Both the position numbers and the translations under genes were made by a program. From NCBI GenBank assembly GCA_009859145.1, contig VRVR01000032.1, forward strand, positions 152,854 to 216,853: 64,000 nucleotides of DNA, given 5' to 3'. The first letter of the stretch is position 1. Each line of letters starts with the position of its first letter. The notes under the pieces are model-generated. The model saw only the letters and a list, made by a program, of their open reading frames with translations, ran no database searches and was not told where the DNA came from. This DNA comes from Andalucia godoyi And28 (Eukaryota > Protista > Jakobida). Shown here one piece after another: positions 32,901 to 43,218 of the stretch.

Positions 32901-34905
32901 TTCTGACGATGTTGCCGGTCAGACGGGAACCGCGAAGCATTTCTCGCGAGATTACTTTGAGAAGCAGAAGGACATACTGCAGAAGGAGATTGAGCGTGTC
33001 AAAGCAGAATCAGAGCGATTCAAAGAGGAGAATATTGAGTTGAAGAGAGAGCTTTCCAGCCTTCGACGCGAGACTTCAGCGACAAGTGCGAAGATCAATG
33101 CCACGGAAAAGGAAAAGGATCGCAGTGCGAAAGAACAAGACAAGATTCTCAACAGACTGAAGGAGGCCGATCTGAAAATGAAGACGGTGACAGAGGCCAA
33201 ACAGATGATTGTCCAAGAGAAGGCTGCACTGGAGCGCCAGTTGCGGGATGTGAGCAAGAGAAACGAGATTCTTGTCGCCGAAAATGAAAAGCTCAAGAAG
33301 GAAGACACTTCCAGAAGAGAACTGCTTCACAAGCTGCAGAGGTTGGAAAAGGATGCAAGCGATGCAGAAAAGACTTCCACCAAAGTTTCTTCCGATTTTG
33401 AGACGCTCCAAGTACAGTACTCTGAGATTTCGCATCAGCTAGCATCTTCTCGAACAGAGATTGCTGTGAAGGACGGCATGTTGTGTGAGATGAATGTTTG
33501 TTTGAAGACGGCAACGGAGCAGCTTGCATCGCAAACAGATAGTATTGCGTCGCTGGAAGGGGAGCGAGATCACCTCCAGAGTCGACAGGCAGAAATGGAA
33601 TGCGAATTGGAGAATTTGAGGATGGAGAAAAATAGCTTGTCGCAAAGGTTAGCAGAACTGGAGAAAGAGAAGGATGACGTCATTATGGAGCTGCGTCAGA
33701 CGATGACTGAAGCAGAGAAGTGGAATGAGCTTGCAGTGGCTCTCGAGAAAGAGCTACTTCCCCTGAAACAAGAGGTGCTTCCTAACATGCAAATGGCTCT
33801 GGGCAAGGAGCAACGTGAAAAGAAGGCAGCCGTTGACGAAAAGGAGCGTCTTAGCGCTCAGATCACGGACCTTGTCTGGCAGTTGGAGGAAATCTCGTGT
33901 GCAAAGAATGAGCTGACGGTGACGAAAGCGCAGTTGACCGAGCAGCTCTCTATGCTTAAGCAAGAACATGATGCTATTTCACTGAAGGTCACAGAATCAA
34001 ATTCTGAGGCGGCGGACTGGAAGCACCGTGCTCTGCAAGCTGAGCAAGAGCTTGGCCGAGAGATCGATGATCTTTCTTCGCAGCTGCAAGTGACAAACAA
34101 TGAGCTTTCTGATGCGAAGAGACAGAACCACTCTTTTGAGTCACAGGTATCAGAACTAACTGCAGAACTTTGCGACTTGCGTCCTCTCCGCGAGCATGTC
34201 GCAGCGCTGCAGATCAGCGTTGAAACCATGCAAGAGCGCGATTCCGTATCTCGTGACAGGATCGATCAGCTTGTTGCAAAGTTGCAGAAAGAGCAGAAGG
34301 ATCGGCGCAGTGCAGAGCAGCATCTCGAGTCTGCTCGCGAGAGACTCTCAGAAATTGATCGGACAGTCATTCCAGAGCGGAACACACTCTCCTCTCGCGC
34401 GAAGCAGCTTGAAGAAGAAGTCGGAGAACTGAAGGAAACGAATCAAGAGCTGCTGTCGCGGTTCAAAGAAGTCGAGAATCGCATGTCGAAGTTCGTTGGA
34501 CAGCCTTCTGTGTCCACAAACTCTTGCCTCGCATGCCAAGCCTTGAGCACTCAACTGTCCACCACGATGAAGGAGCTGTCGGAAAACCAGAGCGAGTACG
34601 AAGATTTACTTCGGGAGCTCAATCAAACCAAGGCAAAGAACATCAAACTGTCTGCAGAACTTTCTGCGTTCCACAAGCAGTCAGCGGATGCAAGCCGTTC
34701 CACATCGGCTGCCGCGCGACCGCAGCCGTCGTCCTCCGGCTTCGTTGTGGCAGAGGATAATGCTGCGGACAAGGAGAATGGTGTTGTTGGAAAGCAGTCG
34801 GTGGCTGCTCTCGCATCCAAGGAGAACACGAATTCCCAGATCGCGGCTCTGCGTCAGCGCATGTCGGTGATGAAAATGAGTCCCATGGTGAACAAGAACT
34901 CGTGA
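29980..34905 (+). CDS. Kinesin-7 / CENP-E-like motor with a long coiled-coil
   Basis: N-terminal motor with IFAYGQTSSGKT, NERSSRSH, LVDLAGSE and HIPYRDSKLT, then RRRVTW and about 1200 aa of heptad-rich tail. Confidence 0.92.
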   Translation: MESIFVALRVRPMNPREIASKQSSSWHVSSNTVTQLSLSTGKPIPGNVATYSFDRVYDINDETNQIYQEVAQKIVHSALDGFNGTIFAYGQTSSGKTFTMHGVPDCPGIIPQAVSDIFSSLAAKVDREFLVRVSYLEIYNEVVRDLLSPQSGPLKIHEDVDRGIFVGDLKEEVVMNAEEVLSLMKQGENNRHVGATNMNERSSRSHTIFRMMIESRSREDGNVRLSTLNLVDLAGSERAVATGAEGQRLKEGAHINKSLLTLGTVIAKLSSGESQSHIPYRDSKLTRILQPALGGNSLTSIIATITPAGMNCEESHSTLKFASRAKKIKNSAHINEVVFDDQALLKRYIKEIETLRTQIRDQEESGKQDEEIQRLQEVHKDVLTKLEEERENKQTLEAKLEKLQKFFRMESTFSISAAIADNDAQLKKMKKESKRRRVTWGDGLNRRKILGDVPEDDSLGLNQSSASAGNAAVSRDELSMDASSSAVADDRSIHETVLEELRRVKREEKEMSETQSRLKELEELLSERNEHVKSLQVQNSMLEQDNEDILMTFLDLKERLPSLIRGIETNHATVLCELSKTVELQACRVNMCVENMLRGVNHHHPISFQIVVSDDEGAKQSVEKLEALVGGLQAEKTSLMEQLCNSMDDKESLILQNAENEAEAALLKDQFDSMQRMLEETRLVVLSQTEEISNLKDLVLASNSAAKVAVEEKQVLFNQIKTMEAAHALSLTEHEQTVAKLTEDCDTLSEEVQRLHIVNEELTSQSSASQRLSTESSTSSSRSSLSSEAEMLRNQLSSLQLELDDERKSSEELRETLAQEVDRYESEMKAQQSSFESQIEGLKLQLKGEAEDANLLAQQIEELGREVTTLRRENGLIHGNFDSLQRRIGELVSEKEALLAEKDLLNSQITEYERKELLMLEEMVSTKEDPHDSQKLEELLSKINDLEDEKRALIDEKNDVAEKAMLLEQRIISASDDVAGQTGTAKHFSRDYFEKQKDILQKEIERVKAESERFKEENIELKRELSSLRRETSATSAKINATEKEKDRSAKEQDKILNRLKEADLKMKTVTEAKQMIVQEKAALERQLRDVSKRNEILVAENEKLKKEDTSRRELLHKLQRLEKDASDAEKTSTKVSSDFETLQVQYSEISHQLASSRTEIAVKDGMLCEMNVCLKTATEQLASQTDSIASLEGERDHLQSRQAEMECELENLRMEKNSLSQRLAELEKEKDDVIMELRQTMTEAEKWNELAVALEKELLPLKQEVLPNMQMALGKEQREKKAAVDEKERLSAQITDLVWQLEEISCAKNELTVTKAQLTEQLSMLKQEHDAISLKVTESNSEAADWKHRALQAEQELGREIDDLSSQLQVTNNELSDAKRQNHSFESQVSELTAELCDLRPLREHVAALQISVETMQERDSVSRDRIDQLVAKLQKEQKDRRSAEQHLESARERLSEIDRTVIPERNTLSSRAKQLEEEVGELKETNQELLSRFKEVENRMSKFVGQPSVSTNSCLACQALSTQLSTTMKELSENQSEYEDLLRELNQTKAKNIKLSAELSAFHKQSADASRSTSAAARPQPSSSGFVVAEDNAADKENGVVGKQSVAALASKENTNSQIAALRQRMSVMKMSPMVNKNS

Positions 34906-35316
34906 CTTTGCTTGACTGTCTATACCAATATTTGTCTGTCAGATGCGCAAAGCACGCCGCTGTCGCTCAGTGCTGAATCGGTCGCTGGTGTAGACGAGAA
35001 GTAAACGTGAAGACCGTGTTTGTTATTTTATTTTAATTTATTTTAATTTGATTTAATATTTTCATTTTGCGTTTCCCTCGCACACCAACACCACATACTG
35101 ATCATATCGTTGCCACTTATTGCGATATGATGAAGCAATCCAAAGCACATGCAAACAGAACCACTGCCACGCGCCATGCGCATGCGTTTGTTATCTTAGC
35201 ACCTCCGTCACACGATGCCCGATTCGTTTCGCCCAATTATGATCATGAAATCCCTATAAACACGCCGCCGCGTGGCATTCTCACACAGCGACGCTCTTTT
35301 CTTATTTTTATTGTCC

Positions 35317-35512
35317 ATGCAACGCACCGTGTCCGTCACGCCCGCAACGCTGCGCAAGACCTATGACATCTCCACCACCACCTGCTTCGTTGCCCGCCAC
35401 ATCTACATCTATCTTAAGAACGTCTCGCATGCCGAGGGGCGTGTTGGGGCCGACCCCCCTTCCCACGACCGCACCCCAGGAGGGTTTCGTCGGACGTGTG
35501 ACGTGCGTGGGA
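35317..35512 (+). mobile_element. TnpB/Fanzor-like relic, copy C (heavily deleted)
   Basis: Reads MQRTVSV..ATLRK-TY..ARHIYIYLKN. It is followed by GCGTGTTGGGGCCGACCCCCCTTCCC and a TCCCACG/CGTGGGA stem, matching the core shared with 44470 and 53521. Confidence 0.6.
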
Positions 35513-35696
35513 CAGTTGACGTGTCTTGACGGTGTCCCAGTTTTCCCGACTGTTCTCCGACTTCCGACGTTTTCTTTGGGGGTGTCCGCCTTTCCCTCTC
35601 TTATCCGCTTCTCTTCTTCCGTCCTCTCGATCGCCATTGAAACTACTGCGTTTCTGCTTTTTGCTGCGGAGAAAAGGTTGGAAGCGCAAATTGAGG

Positions 35697-37220
35697 ATGA
35701 TACAAGGATTCATTCTTTTTGTTGTTGCTGCTGCGTGTGGGCTCGCAGCAGTCGTCTATGGTGGTGGCGGAGTCGTTCAGGTGTCCGTCAATATCGATGC
35801 ACCGACCTCCAGTTTGAACCTTGGATTCAAAAAGTGTGTGGGGTCTGGACATGCCGAGCTTGGTCTTCGCTCGTTGTGGCGCGACCATCTGAAGCGTGCG
35901 CATGATGATCTTGGCTTCGAGTATGTTCGTTTCCATGGAATTTTTGACGACGAGCTCTCGGGCGTTCTTGGCGGAGCAAAATGTGACCAGTACTCGTGGT
36001 TCAACATCGACCAGGTGTATGACTACATTCTTTCGATTGGCATGAAGCCTCTTGTGGAGCTATCGTTCACACCAGGATGCATGGCCTCTGGAGATCCGTT
36101 TATCTTCTGGTACCACGCGAATGGAAACCTTCCGAAGGACATGAGCATGTGGACAAACTTTCTGAAGGCAACGCTCAACCACTGGATCGACCGCTATGGA
36201 ATCCAGACTGTCCGTCAGTTTTACTTTGAATTCTACAACGAGCCAAACTGCGGATTTTTCAACGGCACGCAGACACAGTATTTCGATTGGTACGCGCAGA
36301 CGGCGACTGCGATCAAATCAGTCGATTCTTCCTTGTTGGTCGGTGGTCCATCTACATGCCAGGTTGGTTGGGTGGACGCATTTTACGATTATTGCCAGAA
36401 AAACAAGGTGTCAGTGGACTTCGTCTCTTCGCATTTGTATCCAACCGATCCCAATCTTCCTGTCGGTGATCGTCGTGGTTTCTCGAATGCCATCGCCAAG
36501 GCAGCGTCGCAAGTGCCGTCGAACATTCCGCTGTTGATGACCGAGTACAACGCGGGCTTGGGGATTCAGGTTCTTGATTCTGCATATGCGGCGTCGTTCA
36601 TTGTGTACCAAATTCCTTGGCTGTCTGCGATACCAAATCTGAAGCTTTGGTCGTATTGGACGTTCACCGATGTGTTCGAAGAAGGCGGCCAGGAGTCGAT
36701 TCCTTTTGACTCCGACTCGTTTGGAATGCAGACGATCCATGGCGTTCCGAAGCCTATCTATCGTGCGTTTGAATTGCTCAATCAGGCATCGAGTCAGCAA
36801 TTCCAAACAGTGCAGTCGCCGTCGATGGCCAATTCGCAAGTCGTGTCATTCTCTGTTCTTGCCGATCCCGCAAAGAAATTCGGAAAGTCTGCCGTTGTGT
36901 ATCTCACCAACTTTGACATCAAGGGCCAGGCAATCACGAACCAGTCTGTCACCATTACGGTCTCGCGCAGCGCCGGATGGCCTGCGACTCCCATCTCCGC
37001 AGCTGTGTACATCGTTTCGGACACTCGCACGAACCCGCACCAGGCCTGGATCAACATGGGCAAGCCAGCATACCCGACTGCCCAACAGATTTCTCAGTTG
37101 GTGGCAGCGTCCGAAGTGCAGCCGTTTACGTTGAAGACCACTCGCGTGAGCGCGTCTCAGGTTTCGGTCTCCGTCGACCTCGATCCTTATGCCGTAGCCG
37201 CTCTTGTCTTCCCACTGTAA
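35697..37220 (+). CDS. Secreted glycoside hydrolase family 39 (beta-xylosidase-like)
   Basis: Signal peptide, then YVRFHGIFDD, PLVELSFTP, NEPN (acid/base), TEYN (nucleophile) and WTFTDVFEE. Confidence 0.9.
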   Translation: MIQGFILFVVAAACGLAAVVYGGGGVVQVSVNIDAPTSSLNLGFKKCVGSGHAELGLRSLWRDHLKRAHDDLGFEYVRFHGIFDDELSGVLGGAKCDQYSWFNIDQVYDYILSIGMKPLVELSFTPGCMASGDPFIFWYHANGNLPKDMSMWTNFLKATLNHWIDRYGIQTVRQFYFEFYNEPNCGFFNGTQTQYFDWYAQTATAIKSVDSSLLVGGPSTCQVGWVDAFYDYCQKNKVSVDFVSSHLYPTDPNLPVGDRRGFSNAIAKAASQVPSNIPLLMTEYNAGLGIQVLDSAYAASFIVYQIPWLSAIPNLKLWSYWTFTDVFEEGGQESIPFDSDSFGMQTIHGVPKPIYRAFELLNQASSQQFQTVQSPSMANSQVVSFSVLADPAKKFGKSAVVYLTNFDIKGQAITNQSVTITVSRSAGWPATPISAAVYIVSDTRTNPHQAWINMGKPAYPTAQQISQLVAASEVQPFTLKTTRVSASQVSVSVDLDPYAVAALVFPL

Positions 37221-37732
37221 CACGATTATTATGATTATTATTTTTGTTTTGTGCACTTTTCATTCCCATTCTCATTCTTGTGTTCCGGCCTTCCCGTCTT
37301 CATTATAGTGTATTTGCAATGGGATGTCTCGAGGAATAAAAACCGTGCAGCAACCAGGCGCCCAGTGGTTTCTAACAAGAATTGTTCTTCTTGTTTTGCG
37401 TATAAGGTGGGAGCAGATGCGTAGAAGCAAACGATGTGGTTATTGCGAATCTTGAACCGCGAAAGTTCCTCTTCAAGTGCCTTTCCATGACGTACTCTTG
37501 TGGACGTTGAGAACCATTCCATAGTCTGTTCGTAGGACCAGTTACATTATCCGGTGTTCCGCATTCATCTCGGAAACAAGCGGGCGATACCAGCATGCCC
37601 AGCGTCATTCGGCTCCTCCCCGTGTTTTCTTCCTGTTCATTCTGCAACAACTCGACAGCCACACGAACTGTTGAAGAATTCGAGGAACGAAGGATTAAAA
37701 CAACCAAACAAAAAAACAAAAAAACAACGACC

Positions 37733-39043
37733 ATGGATCCTAGCATGTTTACAAGAGCCCTCGCTGGCATGAGCGTTGTCGATCTTGTGGATTTCCCTCC
37801 TTTCTCATTCTCTACCCATTCGGAATACTCTGAAGAAGAATCCAGTAACGCAGGTTCCCATTATTTCGGTATGGATCCGTCTGTCACAATGAACTACATA
37901 CCATTTCAAAACGTCGTCAGTCCGTGCTCGACCGGTTCGGTCGTGGCCGCACAAGAGCAGTTCCGAAGCGCCAGTCCACCAATGTCCGTTGCGGATTATG
38001 AGCAAATGTACGGTATCAGTGTCCTTTTTGTCGGGAAATACAATCGGCGAGCCCCAGAGAAGGCATCGTTCTCCATTGTATACGCGGATCGATTTCAGCG
38101 CAATTCAGACGATCTTGTGGACTTGGAGGCGCGGATACTGCCAGTGATGGTCTACCCGCTCATTGAAGAATGCCCTTTTGTAGACGAGCGTTTCAAGATG
38201 GCTCTCAAGAGTATATGCAAGTATTTTGAAGAGGACGATTCCATGGATGCTTCTGACTCTGCATCCGGAGTCGATTTTCGACATGTCGGACGACGATCCA
38301 GCAGTGCGTCATCGGGCGCTCGCATGTCTCCCGATCCGGAAATCCAGGCAACTTTGAACTGTGTCGAGATGAAGGACTTTTTGCGACGGCTCATCTTTGC
38401 AACGAACACGCATGTAGTCGACATGGTGTTGGACGAATCGCCCGTGTTTGTCGCGGACTCGTTTCGAAGATTCATGGCGGATTGCATCTATTCCAATGGT
38501 CTTGGCATTCATGAGCGCACAGTTCGTCATCTTCTCTGTTCGCTCAAAAGCTGTCTTATTCGCCACAATGCACTCAAAGATCAGTTTGCAAACCCTCTTC
38601 CTGCGCGCCAAACATTGCACGAGGAGTTCTTTATGATTCTGCACCACATCAAGACCATTTTTGAAATGCATCTTGGCTCGGATGGATACGCGCGGTGGCA
38701 ATGCGAAAACACAGATGCAGACTTTTGCGATCGGCTCGCGCTCTCCAATCGCGCGCCCTCCGATATTCTGTATGACTGGGCAGTCGGCTGCGTGGACTTT
38801 CTCATTTCCTCGGGCTGCATTACGTGCCATGACTCTTGCTCCATTCGCGAGCACTACGAATCCGTTCTTGCTTCTGCTAACTCTCTGTTTACCGACACGG
38901 CGATCCAGCGCAACTGCACCGCATCCGCGGATCATGCGAATTCCTCAACAACCATTACGAACCTCGCCATCGCCCAGTCCTCTCGTCGACACATTTCATC
39001 ATGCCAGCATGACAGAAGCTTCGCTGAAGAAGCAGATCGATAA
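37733..39043 (+). CDS. Hypothetical protein
   Basis: 436-aa ATG-started ORF after an A-rich leader. No motif recognised. Confidence 0.65.
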   Translation: MDPSMFTRALAGMSVVDLVDFPPFSFSTHSEYSEEESSNAGSHYFGMDPSVTMNYIPFQNVVSPCSTGSVVAAQEQFRSASPPMSVADYEQMYGISVLFVGKYNRRAPEKASFSIVYADRFQRNSDDLVDLEARILPVMVYPLIEECPFVDERFKMALKSICKYFEEDDSMDASDSASGVDFRHVGRRSSSASSGARMSPDPEIQATLNCVEMKDFLRRLIFATNTHVVDMVLDESPVFVADSFRRFMADCIYSNGLGIHERTVRHLLCSLKSCLIRHNALKDQFANPLPARQTLHEEFFMILHHIKTIFEMHLGSDGYARWQCENTDADFCDRLALSNRAPSDILYDWAVGCVDFLISSGCITCHDSCSIREHYESVLASANSLFTDTAIQRNCTASADHANSSTTITNLAIAQSSRRHISSCQHDRSFAEEADR

Positions 39044-39482
39044 CCTCATCTCCTTGTGACCAGCTCCATCACCGTCGTCTGCCCGAGAATATAAATAGTA
39101 GTGCGATCCGCGTCCAGCCGTCGGAATCCAGAGCAAATATAAGTATTTTTTTAAATAATAAAATCTGTCGTAATACCTTTTCCCCCCATCCTTTTCCTCT
39201 TTTCCAAAATCGCACATCCCCTGTTCTCAATTGAGACTGGAGTCTGTGCTGCGTGATTCAATCGATTCCATCGATCACTTGCAAGAAAGCTGAGCAGCAT
39301 ATTTAAAGGTCTGTCGTTTTGGCCTTTTCCGTGTTCTTCTTTCTTTGCCTTCCTGTTCTTTGTCTTCCTATTCTTCCTATTCTTCTTGTTGTTTATACAG
39401 CTATTTTGTTGCTGGTTCTTGTTAGCTGGTGGTGGTTTTTTTTTTTGTAGTTGTTGGCAAAAACAGGGACATTCGATTCGGG

Positions 39483-41375
39483 ATGCACGAGCTGGACTTG
39501 TTTGTGCTGGAATCGGCGATTGTGATCCGTGCGCAGTCTTTGCCGGCGCAAGCACCAAAATCGGCTCCGTCTGCTGAGAAGTGCCTGATTGTGGATCGAT
39601 CCGATGGCGGGATTTCCGAGTGTGATTCGGGTTCGTTGTCGCCTTCTTTAGTGTCCGAGCTTTCGAGTGCTTCTCCCATGCATGTCTCGGCTCTCCTGGG
39701 TGCCTTGATGCTTCCCTCTGGTCTGTACCTGGTTGTCTCGTGCCGCCGAACCCCCATCGCGCAGTTGTTTGGAAACACTCTGTACTCGTTTTCGGAGATG
39801 CAGTGTATTGCGACGTGCATCTCATCACGATTCATCTCGTCGGATGCTCCATACGTCTCGCGCATCCAGGCGGCCCTTGACCAAGGCTTCTTTTTCGGGT
39901 CTTATTCCTACGACATCACGGTCTCGCTGGAGCAAAATTCGGCATTCTCGAAGCAAGCAGCATCAGCAGCAGCAGCGTCGACGACCAACAAGGTCAGCAA
40001 CAGCAGCCAGAACAATAACAGTAACAACACCAACAGTAGTAGCAACAGCAGCAGCGGCACTAGAAAGCGGAAGAATCACTTGTTTTTTTGGAATGCGCAT
40101 CTCACCTCGGCGCTGCCATTGCCAATTGCGTCAACGTGGACGGTTCGGATGATTCGCGGGTTTGTAGCGTCGTACTATTCAAAAGCAGGCGGATTTTCGT
40201 TTGTGATGATTTCGCGCCAGTCTCCGCAGAGAGCAGGGACGCGTTACTACAGACGCGGGGCAGATCCCCAGACGAGTCATGTGGCCAACTTCACGGAAAC
40301 GGAGCAGATCATTGTGGACCACAAGACACATGCAGCCGAGTCTCTCGTGCAGATTCGGGGGTCGATTCCACTCCGGTGGTCACAGAGGCCAAACATGAAG
40401 TACAAGCCGAAGCCGCGCATTTTGGGAGACGCAGTCTCAAACAATCAGATTGCATTTCAGCATTTGAAGTCGGTGAGTGGCGACTATGGCAAGGTGACGT
40501 GCGTCGATCTGGTGGACCAGAAAGGGTCAGAGGGGGCGATTTCAGCGGCGTTCAAGTCAGCAGTGCTCAATGCGTCTTCGCTTCCTGTTGTATATGAAGG
40601 ATTCGACTTTCACAAGGAGTGTTCGAAAATGAGGTACGATCGGCTTTCGTTGCTGGTGTCGAGACTTCAGCAGCCAATTCACGATTCGTTGTATTCGTGC
40701 ACGCTTAACGACACGGAAACAGTTGTTGAGAAGACGATGCTTTCTCCATCTGCCGTCATTCGTACGAATTGCATGGATTGTTTGGACCGTACAAATGTCA
40801 CCCAGGCCCAGATTGCACGAACGCGCACGCAGGCATTGGAGCTGCTGACTCGCGATCCTCTGTTTGATATCGCTTTTAAGCATGCGTGGGCAGATAATGC
40901 CGATGCCATTTCTACGCTGTATGCCGGCACGGGAGCACTGAAGACGGACTTTACGCGTACAGGTCAACGGTCTCGTGCCGGTGCGATTCGAGATGGTGTG
41001 AACTCCATCACGAGGTACTACCTGAACAACTTCAAGGATGGGCTTCGTCAAGACGGGGTTGATTTGCTGGTCGGAAATGTCATTGTGAAAAAGGGTCAAG
41101 GGTTTCCAGTGTCGGGAGGTGACTATGGCCACATCCTCTTGGTTCTGATCGTGTTGGCGCTTATTGGGATGGTCACTGTCAATCCCATCGTCTTTTCTGC
41201 TTGTATTGTCTTATTGATTGTTCTTGCCGTCAAGCTTCCTGCGTCTTTTGTCAACGATCCGGTTCTCATGAACGAAGACCCGTGGAACGCTACTGCAGCA
41301 GCCGTGACGGGTGTTTCCACGGCAGCTGGCATGAATTCCTCCATTTCCAACAAGCAAACGAGAAAGTCAGATTAA
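39483..41375 (+). CDS. SAC1: SAC1 phosphoinositide phosphatase
   Basis: Motifs RAGTRYYRRG, VQIRGSIPLRWSQ, RTNCMDCLDRTNV (CX5R) and LKTDFTRTG, with C-terminal TM helices. Confidence 0.93.
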   Translation: MHELDLFVLESAIVIRAQSLPAQAPKSAPSAEKCLIVDRSDGGISECDSGSLSPSLVSELSSASPMHVSALLGALMLPSGLYLVVSCRRTPIAQLFGNTLYSFSEMQCIATCISSRFISSDAPYVSRIQAALDQGFFFGSYSYDITVSLEQNSAFSKQAASAAAASTTNKVSNSSQNNNSNNTNSSSNSSSGTRKRKNHLFFWNAHLTSALPLPIASTWTVRMIRGFVASYYSKAGGFSFVMISRQSPQRAGTRYYRRGADPQTSHVANFTETEQIIVDHKTHAAESLVQIRGSIPLRWSQRPNMKYKPKPRILGDAVSNNQIAFQHLKSVSGDYGKVTCVDLVDQKGSEGAISAAFKSAVLNASSLPVVYEGFDFHKECSKMRYDRLSLLVSRLQQPIHDSLYSCTLNDTETVVEKTMLSPSAVIRTNCMDCLDRTNVTQAQIARTRTQALELLTRDPLFDIAFKHAWADNADAISTLYAGTGALKTDFTRTGQRSRAGAIRDGVNSITRYYLNNFKDGLRQDGVDLLVGNVIVKKGQGFPVSGGDYGHILLVLIVLALIGMVTVNPIVFSACIVLLIVLAVKLPASFVNDPVLMNEDPWNATAAAVTGVSTAAGMNSSISNKQTRKSD

Positions 41376-41513
41376 CCCCCGGTTGTTCTCATTCGCAGTC
41401 CTCTTCCCTCTCCCAGCTGCCTCGTAGTGGTGAAGTAAGCAGTAAACTCCCTTCTCCGTGTTTCTTGAGCTACCTGCTGTAATCTTACCCCCCGTCGATC
41501 ATATGAAATGACG

Positions 41514-41612
41514 TGACAACACTGGCAACACTGACAACACTGACAACGATGACAACACTGACAACACTGACAACGATGACAACACTGACAACACTGACAA
41601 CGATGGCCACTG
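41514..41612. repeat. 9-bp minisatellite with a 27-bp higher-order period
   Basis: Units ACACTGACA, ACACTGACA, ACGATGACA repeated about three times in intergenic DNA. Confidence 0.9.
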
Positions 41613-41969
41613 AACACGATTTGATGCCAAGGATACTACTGCTAACCAGTCCGTGGTCGTTGGGAACACCGAGCCAGCAAAATCCAAACTGTTACTTTTT
41701 TCCCTTCTCAGACTTTATACTTTCATCAACCTTTCGTCATCATCACGCTTTTGTCACTTTTTGCACTGGATTTTCTCCTTTCTCTTCTTTACTTTTCCGT
41801 TTTATTCTCTCTCTCTCTCTCTTTCTTTCTCTCTTTCTTTCTTTCTTATCCACTTTTTTCCAGCGTCTCTGTTTCTTCATACTTTCACTCACACACTGTT
41901 TTACTCTTTGTTGTGTATTCGACACAAACGTTTCAACAAGTCCTGCTGCTATAATTGCTACTGAGAGTC

Positions 41970-42929
41970 ATGGCTGTGAACAATCGCGGAGTGGCCTCTT
42001 CTCTGTTGGTCAATGATTACATTGCGACACACATTGCGGCTGCGCCTGGCGAGGCTGCTGCTCGCAAGAAGCGTGAGGCGGCTCTTCTGCCTCCGAAGTC
42101 CCAGTCTCCCTTTGGAGACTTTCCAGGAGAAGTCGGGGCAACTCTGAAGACGCGCTCTTTAGGTGCGTCCAAGAAGTCGTCTGTTGATGCAGCAGGAGTA
42201 GCCGCACCGACGTCGCCCAAGGTGGATCCGCAGGATTTTGTGCGAAAGGGTACCGGTTCCGGTGGCCTTGCGTCGTCTCTGCGGTCCGGAAAGAAAGCAG
42301 AAGGTGGGGCGGTGTCTGCTAGCCCACCAAAGGCTCGTGCATACGACAAGCGACCGATTCCGGCCACGGAATTCCGTCGATTCTATGACCGTGGCGACCT
42401 TCCTATTGCCGTGGACCACTCTGGTGGAATGAAGATTCAGTGGAAGGTGGACATCCAGAAGCTGGATTATCACCACTACCTGCCCATCTTCTTCGATGGA
42501 CTTCGCGAGAAGGAAGAGCCGTACCGCTTCCTGTCTGTGCAGGGATGTTTGGATTTGCTGGAGCATGGAGGAAACAAGAACTTACCGGTTGTGCCACAGC
42601 TCATCATTCCCATCAAGACTGCGCTGAATACTCGAGATCCCGAGATTGTGTGCACAGTGCTCAAGGTGCTGCAGCAACTGGTTGTCTCAGGGGAGATGAT
42701 TGGCGAGGCACTGGTTCCGTACTATCGCCAGATTCTGCCGGTTCTGAACCTCTTCAAAAACAAGAACATCAACATTGGAGACAAGATCGAGTACTCGCAA
42801 AAGAACAGACTGAACCTCGGCGATCTAATCGACGAGACGCTCCAACTCTTGGAAATTCACGGAGGCGAGGACGCATTCATCAACATCAAATACATGATCC
42901 CGTGCTATGAATCCTGCGTTCTCAACTAG
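41970..42929 (+). CDS. PACRG: Parkin co-regulated gene protein (axonemal PACRG)
   Basis: Motifs [39 protein letters not shown] and [14 protein letters not shown]. Confidence 0.96.
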   Translation: MAVNNRGVASSLLVNDYIATHIAAAPGEAAARKKREAALLPPKSQSPFGDFPGEVGATLKTRSLGASKKSSVDAAGVAAPTSPKVDPQDFVRKGTGSGGLASSLRSGKKAEGGAVSASPPKARAYDKRPIPATEFRRFYDRGDLPIAVDHSGGMKIQWKVDIQKLDYHHYLPIFFDGLREKEEPYRFLSVQGCLDLLEHGGNKNLPVVPQLIIPIKTALNTRDPEIVCTVLKVLQQLVVSGEMIGEALVPYYRQILPVLNLFKNKNINIGDKIEYSQKNRLNLGDLIDETLQLLEIHGGEDAFINIKYMIPCYESCVLN

Positions 42930-43218
42930 TGCAGACGCCCTTTCTCTCGTTTTTCTGTTTCTCTTTTCTGTGGCGTTTTTGTTTGACTAGTGAGACTTGA
43001 CTTGCGTGTGCACTTGTTCTCTTTTCCATTTCTTTGATTTTGTATAGATGATTTTTTGTTTTCTCCGTCTCCAATCCTGTTGCTGGTATTGCGCTGTGTG
43101 CGTGTGCGTGTTTGTGTGTGTGTGTGTGTGTGCTTTATTCATTTCCATAAAAGTTACGAAATGTAATCCAAGTGTTTTGTTTACCTTTTCGCATTCGCGA
43201 ACTTCGCCGCCATCCACG

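Noticed and set aside
41514-41612. CRISPR-like array
   Set aside because: The repeats are tandem 9-mers with no unique spacers, there are no cas genes, and the context is eukaryotic.
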